Virus record (IMG/VR): IMGVR_UViG_3300032270_000355
From: an uncultured virus (IMG/VR IMGVR_UViG_3300032270_000355)
Taxonomy: Duplodnaviria; Heunggongvirae; Uroviricota; Caudoviricetes
Length of the DNA stretch: 20,000 nucleotides
Direction: 5' to 3' (one strand)
Each line of letters begins with the position of its first letter. The first letter of the stretch is position 1. The notes under the pieces are model-generated. The model saw only the letters and a program-made list of their open reading frames with translations, had not been told where the DNA came from and ran no database searches. Positions 1 to 7,203 of the stretch are shown here, piece after piece. A program made the position numbers and the translations under genes.

Positions 1-38
1 GCACTGAGAGCAACCTGCGAATAATCAATTAATATCAT
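1..38 (-). CDS. rnh: 5' end of probable T4-like RNase H / 5'-3' exonuclease (partial, runs off window)
   Basis: ATG at 36-38 overlaps the upstream TGA (ATGA) and reads MILIDYSQVALS, the N-terminus typical of T4-like RNase H. Only 12 codons are visible. Confidence 0.6.
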   Translation of the reverse strand, partial: MILIDYSQVALS

Positions 39-763
39 TTAGTTTTCTCTGCTTTGGGTTTGGCTTTGCTTGTATGCAGCCCAACATCTTTTCGGTCAAC
101 GTATTTACCACCACCATTTGGATCAACATGCCATTCTTTGTCGTCAATCCTAGTCAGAAAAATAGCATTACAATATCTTCCATGGCCAGAATATTTCTCT
201 TTTATTTCTGAAGTTAGTTTCTTTACTTCATGATATGTATTAGAACATATAATAAGAGTCCTATTATGTTTGGTTTCAACAGTTGCTTTTTTAACATTAT
301 CGATACAGCTAAGAACAATTTCGCCACCTTCCCATTGTTTTGGTTCGGTGTGAAAATAATTTAAGATTGTAAAGAATGATGCGTCGATATGAGCAGCATA
401 ATAATCAGCATGTTCATAGTAAGAAAGCAGATGTGATCTATGATTACAATAAAATAACATTTTATACAACTGATTGTGATTCATCAATCCATCCCAAAAC
501 TCATGAGTTTCTAGTTGAGTGACTGCAGAACTAATTAAAGCTGAGTGACGCCAATTTATAAAAACATTTTCTAGGAAGATTCCAGATTTCTTTGCAGCAG
601 AACCATATTCATTCTCTGCACTATTGATATCACCTTCACCCAATAGTACCTGTGGTTTAGTCAACCACTTTAACTCCATCATGATGTTTTTTATCTGTTC
701 TTCAGTATAAAAATTATCAATAACTACAGCATTGATACCCTCATCAATATAATTAAAGTCCAT
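35..763 (-). CDS. 2OG-Fe(II) oxygenase superfamily protein
   Basis: Contains VIDNFY, the HxD motif (AHIDAS), WEGGEI, a distal His (TYHEV) and GRY. Start moved to ATG 763, which forms a TAATG overlap with the upstream stop. Confidence 0.85.
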   Translation of the reverse strand: MDFNYIDEGINAVVIDNFYTEEQIKNIMMELKWLTKPQVLLGEGDINSAENEYGSAAKKSGIFLENVFINWRHSALISSAVTQLETHEFWDGLMNHNQLYKMLFYCNHRSHLLSYYEHADYYAAHIDASFFTILNYFHTEPKQWEGGEIVLSCIDNVKKATVETKHNRTLIICSNTYHEVKKLTSEIKEKYSGHGRYCNAIFLTRIDDKEWHVDPNGGGKYVDRKDVGLHTSKAKPKAEKTK

Positions 764-1866
764 TAAAATGCTCCAAGAAGAATACACTCTTCATTAATCC
801 GACCATTTGGTACAGTCGGTTTTGTTGTTATTGTTTTCAATGCACCATTCAATGCACGCTTGCCCATCGCAAGTCCCTTAAAGAATTCCTCTGGCTTACG
901 TAACATAAGTGTCTTGGAATTCTTGACATCAAAGCCAAGAATTGTAGTACCTTTAACAGAAAGTGTTCCACCCTCTGCTTTGTATACAGTAACCTTACGA
1001 TACTTAGTATTATACACCCAAAGTTCATTTGAGGCAAGTATATCTTCTGGCTTGCAAGACTTGAGTTTTAGTTCAACAAACTCACGCATGAATTTCATAC
1101 GTGCCACAACCTTGGATGGTGGTGGTGCTTTGCGTTTACGTGGAGACCTATTCGCTTTAGCAGTCTGAACCTGTTGTTGGCAGTCAGCTATAATGCCACG
1201 CAAAAACTCAGCATACTTCTTCAATTCTTTTTTCGTTAAGAATGAATATCCTTCAACAAGTTGATCGTCTTCTCCTGCAATTGCGTCTTCGATTTCTTGA
1301 AGTTGTGGTACATAGAATTCTCCAATTCGTTTTGCAACTGGTGCTGATACTTCATTTGAAAGTAGATAATTCTTTGCCGAGAACTGCGTTGTCTTCGTCG
1401 TGATAAAGTCATCTATTGCTCCATCGAATTCTGCTGCATGTTTACGTGCTAATTCTTCCATTCGTTCTTGTATAGAAACGACTGGAGTTGAAACAACTTC
1501 TGCTTTTTTAACTTCTTTGATTAGTTTGTACTTGCGAACCAATTCTGATGCTGTGTCAGAAATAAAATTCTGGTGCTTTTCGCTAAGTGGTTGACCACGT
1601 GATGCAAGACGACAGACCACTCCAAGAGATCTGACTTCAAAATCAGTGGCACGATTGATTGCAATGACTTCAGCTTTTTGTCCAGCCTTGGCAAAGTATT
1701 CAAGTGCACTCTTACGACGTTTCTTCTCGTCAAAGTTTACATTGTACCAGCTAAGTGCATGGTTAAGATCTGAATTATAATTTTCTTCTGTGAGCACTGG
1801 CTCATCAACGATCTTGTTGAGGATCGCATTGTTCTTCGCTCTTCGTTTTGCGGCATTTGCATTCAT
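763..1866 (-). CDS. Hypothetical T4-like phage protein (367 aa, basic C-terminal domain)
   Basis: Long ORF with GGAGG SD and its own consensus promoter. From memory, it resembles the uncharacterised gene found upstream of rnh in aquatic T4-like phages. Confidence 0.75.
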   Translation of the reverse strand: MNANAAKRRAKNNAILNKIVDEPVLTEENYNSDLNHALSWYNVNFDEKKRRKSALEYFAKAGQKAEVIAINRATDFEVRSLGVVCRLASRGQPLSEKHQNFISDTASELVRKYKLIKEVKKAEVVSTPVVSIQERMEELARKHAAEFDGAIDDFITTKTTQFSAKNYLLSNEVSAPVAKRIGEFYVPQLQEIEDAIAGEDDQLVEGYSFLTKKELKKYAEFLRGIIADCQQQVQTAKANRSPRKRKAPPPSKVVARMKFMREFVELKLKSCKPEDILASNELWVYNTKYRKVTVYKAEGGTLSVKGTTILGFDVKNSKTLMLRKPEEFFKGLAMGKRALNGALKTITTKPTVPNGRINEECILLGAF

Positions 1867-1894
1867 AGGTTTGGAACCTCCATAATAAGTATTT

Positions 1895-1923
1895 ATTATA
1901 CCTCAAAGCACGATTAGTGTCAA
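1895..1923 (-). promoter_or_regulatory. Perfect sigma70-type (early) promoter TTGACA-N17-TATAAT, overlapped by a late-like AATAAATA (1890-1897)
   Basis: Minus strand reads TTGACA ctaatcgtgctttgagg TATAAT aaatac, upstream of the GGAGG SD and ATG 1866. Confidence 0.9.
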
Positions 1924-1925
1924 AC

Positions 1926-1952
1926 AATAACCCTCAAAAATGTAGGGTTATT
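1926..1952. repeat. Perfect inverted repeat AATAACCCT-N9-AGGGTTATT (operator or weak terminator)
   Basis: Arms at 1926-1934 and 1944-1952, 2 bp upstream of the -35 box. Confidence 0.7.
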
Positions 1953-2139
1953 TCTTAAACGAAACCCCAGTTGATCCACCCACTACTCCAGCTAGGATTA
2001 GGGATGCAAGCCACGTATCGAATCCCATTGGAATGTTGAGAATCGGGAACAATGTGTTCAGTGACCAGATTGTTGCAAGTGGTGCAAGAATAATAAGAAC
2101 GAGAACGACACCAAGCCACACAAAAATACTAGATTTCAT
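1948..2139 (-). CDS. Small two-TM membrane protein (63 aa)
   Basis: Two hydrophobic stretches; start overlaps the upstream stop. Confidence 0.75.
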   Translation of the reverse strand: MKSSIFVWLGVVLVLIILAPLATIWSLNTLFPILNIPMGFDTWLASLILAGVVGGSTGVSFKK

Positions 2140-2444
2140 AATGTAAACTCCACTTTAGTTACTGAATCCCAGCGGAAAGATCTCCACTCAGACTTTTCTG
2201 TATCGAAGACTGCCACTGCGGATCCATTAGTCTTGCGACCTGCAGTGCTGACTTCGGATGTTGGTTTCTTGTCTGCTGGAATGTTTCCTTCGACAAGGGT
2301 GCAACGCATTGCTCTTTCGGTACCATCTTTTTTGGTAAAAGTAACGCACAGATCTTTGATGTGTTCATCGTGGAGAACTCCAATTGTCCATGTTTTAAAT
2401 TCTTCAAACTCTTTTTCATTCTTGAATACTGTTTGGAATGCCAT
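2136..2444 (-). CDS. WYL_2/DUF2693-like SH3-fold phage protein
   Basis: Motif FTKKDGTERxMRCTL...VFDTEKSEWRSFRWDSV. Confidence 0.75.
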   Translation of the reverse strand: MAFQTVFKNEKEFEEFKTWTIGVLHDEHIKDLCVTFTKKDGTERAMRCTLVEGNIPADKKPTSEVSTAGRKTNGSAVAVFDTEKSEWRSFRWDSVTKVEFTL

Positions 2445-2661
2445 TGTCTAATCTCACTTTCATTTCATTAATAATTGGTCCAAAGAACTCAACGAATTCT
2501 TTAGTCTCAAAGAAAGATGTATGACCACTATTGCATAGTTCTTTCCCTGTATCGCTCATAAGTTTCTGACGAATAGTAAATTCAATCAAATCATATGCAT
2601 GACTCTTGATCTTAACTGTTCGTGTTAAACCTTCTCGATGAATCTCATACTCCAAGTCCAT
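2416..2661 (-). CDS. Hypothetical protein (81 aa)
   Basis: Fills the gene row and overlaps both neighbours; no recognised motif. Confidence 0.65.
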   Translation of the reverse strand: MDLEYEIHREGLTRTVKIKSHAYDLIEFTIRQKLMSDTGKELCNSGHTSFFETKEFVEFFGPIINEMKVRLDNGIPNSIQE

Positions 2662-2788
2662 GGTCTGCCTTTCTGTGCTTTGGTTGTCGAATGTACTGAA
2701 CCTTACTCTCTACTACACGCATGCGGTATTTTGGAGTGCGCAAATCTTTTGCTACAAGATTTCTAGGTTTCAATGGTTTATTATACAC
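2645..2788 (-). CDS. ArfA-like small basic peptide (47 aa; not in ORF track)
   Basis: GTG start with SD AGAGGA; translates as MYNKPLKPRNLVAKDLRTPKYRMRVVESKVQYIRQPKHRKADHGLGV and fills the gap between neighbours. Confidence 0.7.
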   Translation of the reverse strand: MYNKPLKPRNLVAKDLRTPKYRMRVVESKVQYIRQPKHRKADHGLGV

Positions 2789-2797
2789 GATATCCTC

Positions 2798-3025
2798 TTA
2801 CAAAGCAAATTTCTTTAATAGTTCCTTGGCACCAGATGTGTCACGTACTTCGTTATCCAGTTCTGCCATGATGATCAGACGTTGCAACAACTCGGCTTCT
2901 TTCTGTAGATTCTCATCTAAAGAATTGTACCACTCAAAGTAGTCTTCCTCTGAGTCAAGATTCCACATGATGTTCAACATACGCTTCTGACGCTTACTTA
3001 CGCCATGGATTGTAACTTCGCTCAT
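2798..3025 (-). CDS. Hypothetical acidic protein (75 aa)
   Basis: ATGA-coupled to the upstream MazG-like gene. Confidence 0.7.
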   Translation of the reverse strand: MSEVTIHGVSKRQKRMLNIMWNLDSEEDYFEWYNSLDENLQKEAELLQRLIIMAELDNEVRDTSGAKELLKKFAL

Positions 3026-3324
3026 ACAGTTTCCTTAAAAATACCAGACCATGTCATCAGTTTATTCAACTTCTCATTCTTTGCAGTCATTACTGCAGAC
3101 TCACTAACAATTCCATTTTCGATCAGTAGATCAATCATACACATTAGATCACCGATTTCTTCTTCAAGATGTTCTCGGTTGGTTTGCCCATTGTGTTCGT
3201 CATCCATACCGAACCGAAATACCTTACTGATAGCCTGAGTTACCTCAGCACATTCTTCTTGCGTAATCAACAGAATCTCACTATCGATTGCATTCTTTTG
3301 TTTCATCATTGCAAATTTATTCAC
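3022..3324 (-). CDS. MazG-like nucleotide pyrophosphohydrolase
   Basis: EECAEV and LEEEIGDL acidic helical motifs of the all-alpha NTP-PPase fold. Confidence 0.8.
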   Translation of the reverse strand: MNKFAMMKQKNAIDSEILLITQEECAEVTQAISKVFRFGMDDEHNGQTNREHLEEEIGDLMCMIDLLIENGIVSESAVMTAKNEKLNKLMTWSGIFKETV

Positions 3325-3548
3325 TCATTATCTCCATAATATCCATAATCTTCATCTGTTCCAAACCCTGCTGATGCCAATCCAGATTCATGGTCACCAT
3401 CCATAGATTCGTCAACATCGAATCCTTCTTCAAATGCCTGAATGGCATCGTACACCATTTCCAATGGGATCTTTAGTAGCCCAGCGATTGAGATGGGTTT
3501 CATCCCTTCTTCATAAAGATCAACAATTTCTAATTGCAAGTCACTCAT
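3321..3548 (-). CDS. Highly acidic hypothetical protein (75 aa) with an HTH-like N-terminus
   Basis: 20 D/E versus 2 K; C-terminus DESMDGDHESGLASAGFGTDEDYG; TAATG coupling to the upstream gene. Confidence 0.75.
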   Translation of the reverse strand: MSDLQLEIVDLYEEGMKPISIAGLLKIPLEMVYDAIQAFEEGFDVDESMDGDHESGLASAGFGTDEDYGYYGDNE

Positions 3549-3721
3549 TACATTTCTCCATATGCTACTGCATCTTCATCATAAGAAAATGCCTCAAACT
3601 GTCGCATGTTGTGTTCAGCCATCATTCGATCCATGTAGGATTCATAATCAGCCTCAACAACAGCGTTTCTTTCTTGCTCTGCAAGATCATTCAACTCATC
3701 ATTCAATTCATTTATAGTCAT
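3548..3721 (-). CDS. Acidic early peptide (57 aa; not in ORF track)
   Basis: SD TAAGGA; MTINELNDELNDLAEQERNAVVEADYESYMDRMMAEHNMRQFEAFSYDEDAVAYGEM; first gene after the promoter at 3752-3780. Confidence 0.75.
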   Translation of the reverse strand: MTINELNDELNDLAEQERNAVVEADYESYMDRMMAEHNMRQFEAFSYDEDAVAYGEM

Positions 3722-3751
3722 CACAATTCCTTAATCAACCCTAACACAGTT

Positions 3752-3780
3752 ATTATGCTCTAAAGTCAAATAAAAGTCAA
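3752..3780 (-). promoter_or_regulatory. Sigma70-type early promoter TTGACT-N17-CATAAT
   Basis: Minus strand reads TTGACT tttatttgactttagag CATAAT, about 30 nt upstream of ATG 3721. Confidence 0.8.
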
Positions 3781-3796
3781 TACATTTTTGGAGGAC

Positions 3797-3831
3797 AAAA
3801 AACCCCTGTGGTATCAACAACTTACAGGGGT
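3797..3831 (-). terminator. Rho-independent terminator with an IHF-consensus loop
   Basis: Minus strand reads ACCCCTGT-aagttgttgatacc-ACAGGGGT followed by TTTTT, downstream of the BPL_N-like gene. Confidence 0.7.
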
Positions 3832-3868
3832 CTAAAACCTTACAGGTAGAAGGGTTATTTTCTAATCA

Positions 3869-4519
3869 CTATTTCTCTGTAAGTTCGTTCACAAAGTCTA
3901 GTAGTAGTTCATGATGTTTTCCACCATGGTAGTGTTTATTTATGTAATGCCATGGTTTCTCGTACCAATAAAGTGGTGCTTCTGGATGGCAACCAATGAT
4001 ACCGATTCTACCTTGGATGATTGCCATCGGATCACCATTGCTATATCTTGCAATTGTTTTAAATTTAGTTTCATCGCCAATTAGTGCACAACCATCATAG
4101 AAGTACATTTCTTCTTTTTGGTCTTTCCATGTGACTGAAGCTACTGTTCCGTAGCTTCTTTTTACATCTGCATTTGGTTGCTTTATATATTGAACAGGGT
4201 TGACATCATCAAGTATATCGAAATAACGCTCTCCAGCCCAATAAGCACCCATGCAGATGCCAAGATAGTGACCACCACATTCCAAGAATCTGGCGATTCG
4301 ATTCGCTCTTGTTCGAGTGAAGAAATTAGGATAAGAGTCGCTATCCCCAATCCCGCCAGGAAAAGCAATAACATCAAGATGCTCAAAGAAATTATCATCA
4401 TCAAGTTCCTTCTCAGTAAATATTCTTATCTGATACTCAGATGATAACGCATGCACCATTGCATATGCACAATCCTCAGAACATTCTGGATGGCGCATAA
4501 ACAATGCGAGGTGTTTCAT
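3869..4519 (-). CDS. BPL_N-like class I glutamine-amidotransferase-fold protein
   Basis: FPGG, nucleophile elbow YLGICMGAY and HPE (Cys-His-Glu triad). Confidence 0.8.
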   Translation of the reverse strand: MKHLALFMRHPECSEDCAYAMVHALSSEYQIRIFTEKELDDDNFFEHLDVIAFPGGIGDSDSYPNFFTRTRANRIARFLECGGHYLGICMGAYWAGERYFDILDDVNPVQYIKQPNADVKRSYGTVASVTWKDQKEEMYFYDGCALIGDETKFKTIARYSNGDPMAIIQGRIGIIGCHPEAPLYWYEKPWHYINKHYHGGKHHELLLDFVNELTEK

Positions 4520-4746
4520 ACTACCATGGATATCGCACTAGCAGCAGAAACAATGTAACGAAGTGCTTGCTCATCAGTTGATAATTCTTGGGCTGCTTTT
4601 ACTTCAGCTACCTGTTGAACAAGGAATTGAAATTCTTCTAGTGTCAATTCTTGTGATTCATATTGCTGGCGTAATACTAAAAGTTCATTCGCCAATACAG
4701 CTGCTGGACCACCAAGTCCAGCTACTTCTCTTAGTTGTTCTAACAT
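4516..4746 (-). CDS. Hypothetical helical protein (76 aa)
   Basis: ATG 4746 lies 1 nt after the lipoprotein stop; ATGA-coupled to the downstream gene. Confidence 0.65.
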   Translation of the reverse strand: MLEQLREVAGLGGPAAVLANELLVLRQQYESQELTLEEFQFLVQQVAEVKAAQELSTDEQALRYIVSAASAISMVV

Positions 4747-4747
4747 A

Positions 4748-5098
4748 TCATCTGCCTTTCCATGCGTCAACGATGACGTCTATTCTTGTTTTATTAATTT
4801 TAAGAATTGATTCACAGAACAATTTTTTATCAGATGCCTTGGCTTTACTAATGGCTTCTTGCAGCTGAGCAATAGAAGTAGCCTGAGGATCTTTTCTCAA
4901 CTCGCTATACACTTTAAGATGTTGAAGTTTAGTTTCAGCATCAACCCAGTTCTTATCATCACAATTTAACTTCTCAATTGAAATCTTTGTAGAAACAAGA
5001 TTGTCAAACATAACTGCATCATGTGGCTTTGGCCATAGTGCTAATATTGAGCAACCATTTAAACACAGAACCAGTGATAGTAGTATAATTCTTTTCAT
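4748..5098 (-). CDS. Predicted lipoprotein (116 aa)
   Basis: MKR plus hydrophobic core plus lipobox LNGC; two further Cys in the mature part. Confidence 0.75.
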   Translation of the reverse strand: MKRIILLSLVLCLNGCSILALWPKPHDAVMFDNLVSTKISIEKLNCDDKNWVDAETKLQHLKVYSELRKDPQATSIAQLQEAISKAKASDKKLFCESILKINKTRIDVIVDAWKGR

Positions 5099-5406
5099 AC
5101 GCTAAATGAACTTCCGCAACCACAGGTGGATTTTGCATTAGGGTTAGAGATGACGAACTGCGAACCCTTTAGTTTGTCACTAGTAAAATCAATAGTAGCA
5201 TTGTCAAAGTAAGTCATACTTAAAGCATCAACTAAAAGTTTATCAATGACAAAGTCATCTTCTTCCTTGGTTTCTTCGATAGTAAAACCGTAGTTAAAAC
5301 CAGAGCAACCACCACCAGAGATAAATGCTCTTACGTATTTTCCATTAGGCTCATCCATAAGGATTTCATCGAGTTGTTTCTTTGCGGATTCTGTTATATT
5401 AATCAT
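5095..5406 (-). CDS. A-type Fe-S cluster carrier (ErpA/IscA, HesB family)
   Basis: GGGCSGFNYGF and NPNAKSTCGCGSSFSV. Start set to ATG 5406 (ATGA overlap with the iscU stop). The sequence looks closer to ErpA, but this is unresolved. Confidence 0.92.
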   Translation of the reverse strand: MINITESAKKQLDEILMDEPNGKYVRAFISGGGCSGFNYGFTIEETKEEDDFVIDKLLVDALSMTYFDNATIDFTSDKLKGSQFVISNPNAKSTCGCGSSFSV

Positions 5407-5789
5407 GAGCATGCACACTTTAGTTGATAGTCGTGGATAGCTGCTTTAATTGCATCTTCTGCAAGTATAGAGCAGTGAATTTTAACTGGAGGTAATGCTA
5501 GTTCTTGGGCGATTTCAGAGTTTTTGAGTTTAACAGCATCATCAATATGCATACCCTTAACCCATTCTGTAACCAACGACGAACTGGCGATTGCTGAACC
5601 ACAGCCATATGTCTTGAACTTAGCATCTCTAATAATACCATCTTCATCTACCTTAATTTGTAGTTTCATCACATCACCACATGCTGGTGCACCGACCATG
5701 CCAGTACCAACAGTTGGGTCGTCTTTATCTAAAGAACCCACATTACGTGGATTTTCATAGTGATCAATAACTTTATCCGAGTAAGCCAT
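5403..5789 (-). CDS. iscU: Fe-S cluster assembly scaffold IscU
   Basis: MAYSDKVIDHYENPRNVG, APACGDVMKLQI, TYGCGSAIASSS and LPPVKIHC: all cluster ligands and the HscA-binding motif are present. Confidence 0.97.
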   Translation of the reverse strand: MAYSDKVIDHYENPRNVGSLDKDDPTVGTGMVGAPACGDVMKLQIKVDEDGIIRDAKFKTYGCGSAIASSSLVTEWVKGMHIDDAVKLKNSEIAQELALPPVKIHCSILAEDAIKAAIHDYQLKCACS

Positions 5790-6605
5790 TTAATCACCAC
5801 TCCCACCACACTTGGCACGTTTTGCTTTAGTTAAATCACCATAACTAACTGGCCATTCAGTTCCAGGTGCTAGTTCTTTTGCGCCAGCAGGGAATGAATA
5901 AGCAACATTGGCTTCTGATTGAATTTGTGCAACTGGCTTACGGAAAGCAGTTAGATCATTACCCAAATTAGGATAAGGTGCTACATGCGGGAATTGCCAA
6001 CCAGCAACTTCACCTGTTTGATTATTGATAACAATTTTGTAAAAACTATGCGGAACAATAACACCACTGCCGATTTTCTTGTTTTGTTCATTGTAGATAC
6101 CTCCAACGAATATTGTATACGACTGATTGCGTTGAACAGTCCAACCACGAACTGCAGTTTCTAACAATTTCCAGATACCACGATTAAGAGAACCTGCCTG
6201 TGGGCTCATGTTAGTCATAAGGAATGACTCATATTCTACCTGTTGATCCCAAGATAAGTCACCATCAGGACTCATGTGTCCTTTGTCGTAACCTGTACCA
6301 GCGTAGTCATCTGGTCTTGGACCATTCTGAATAGATTGATCAGCAGTAAATGCGTTAGTACGAGCAACACAACCCAAAGCATTTTGAGGTAGTAGTGTAT
6401 AAGTTACATAGCGTGGGAGTTTTGCAGGTGCATCATAGCCAACGAGATATGCCTGACGGCAGATTGGTTGAACTGCTGGATTTGCAACTGGCCAGCCATA
6501 AGGACTATGAGTGGCACAGTTAGCAACTGGCTCTGGTGGTCGTTGAGTCCACGCATATGCATTAAGACTTAGAACACAGAGTGCTATTAGTAAGAGTTTT
6601 TTCAT
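5790..6605 (-). CDS. Exported DNA/RNA non-specific endonuclease (NucA/EndoG family)
   Basis: Signal peptide ending AYA; DKGH active-site motif; FLMTNMSPQ..LNRGIWKLLE and VPHSFYK. Confidence 0.92.
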   Translation of the reverse strand: MKKLLLIALCVLSLNAYAWTQRPPEPVANCATHSPYGWPVANPAVQPICRQAYLVGYDAPAKLPRYVTYTLLPQNALGCVARTNAFTADQSIQNGPRPDDYAGTGYDKGHMSPDGDLSWDQQVEYESFLMTNMSPQAGSLNRGIWKLLETAVRGWTVQRNQSYTIFVGGIYNEQNKKIGSGVIVPHSFYKIVINNQTGEVAGWQFPHVAPYPNLGNDLTAFRKPVAQIQSEANVAYSFPAGAKELAPGTEWPVSYGDLTKAKRAKCGGSGD

Positions 6606-6617
6606 TTAACTTCCAAT

Positions 6618-6642
6618 TATTTAAGGATTCACCTCTATTTAG
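6618..6642 (-). promoter_or_regulatory. Candidate T4-type late promoter(s): CTAAATA (6636-6642) and TTAAATA (6618-6624)
   Basis: Two TAAATA cores in and next to the short gap before the nuclease gene; short motif in AT-rich DNA. Confidence 0.4.
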
Positions 6643-7198
6643 CCAGTGGGTTGTCTAATGCACGTTGAATTTTGCGATCTACTTCGTTGTTTAGAGCCTT
6701 GGTTGCATTAGCCATGTCACGTTCTAGTGTTTTGGCAGTATTTTCAGCTTCTTTACGAACCTGACGAACCTCATCTCTGGCTTCCTTAACTGCTTGGTCA
6801 GTCTCTCTTGATGTTTGTTTAGCACTACGCTCGACATTCTCAACAACACCTTCTAAACGACGAATATCGTTCTTTAGGTCACCTTTAATATCTCGAGTAT
6901 AATCGCTAGTTTTCTGAGTATTCTCTTCAATAACAGCGAGTTTTTTATACACCTCTGTTAAATCTGGAGAAATATATTCAGCGATCTTTTTCTTCATGCT
7001 TTGATAGTCTTTGTAAACTTCAAACGTACCATACAAGCCACCAAGAATAGATGATACTAGAGTAAAGGCAATCATTAGTTTTGCTGGCGTGAACTCATAT
7101 CCACCAATTGCTATGACTGTATCTTTACTTGCGTATTTCTTTGCTGCTGCTTCTAACTCATCAACTTTTTTATCTAAGTTTTTATTTTCTTCTGTCAT
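6635..7198 (-). CDS. Single-TM coiled-coil membrane protein (187 aa)
   Basis: TM LMIAFTLVSSILGGLYGTF, long heptad region, ends RALDNPLAK. Confidence 0.8.
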   Translation of the reverse strand: MTEENKNLDKKVDELEAAAKKYASKDTVIAIGGYEFTPAKLMIAFTLVSSILGGLYGTFEVYKDYQSMKKKIAEYISPDLTEVYKKLAVIEENTQKTSDYTRDIKGDLKNDIRRLEGVVENVERSAKQTSRETDQAVKEARDEVRQVRKEAENTAKTLERDMANATKALNNEVDRKIQRALDNPLAK

Positions 7199-7203
7199 TT
7201 TCT

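Noticed and set aside
2159..2419. 86-aa alternative-frame minus ORF inside the WYL_2-like gene
   Set aside because: No convincing SD before its ATG, unlike the nested ORF at 12832-13068.
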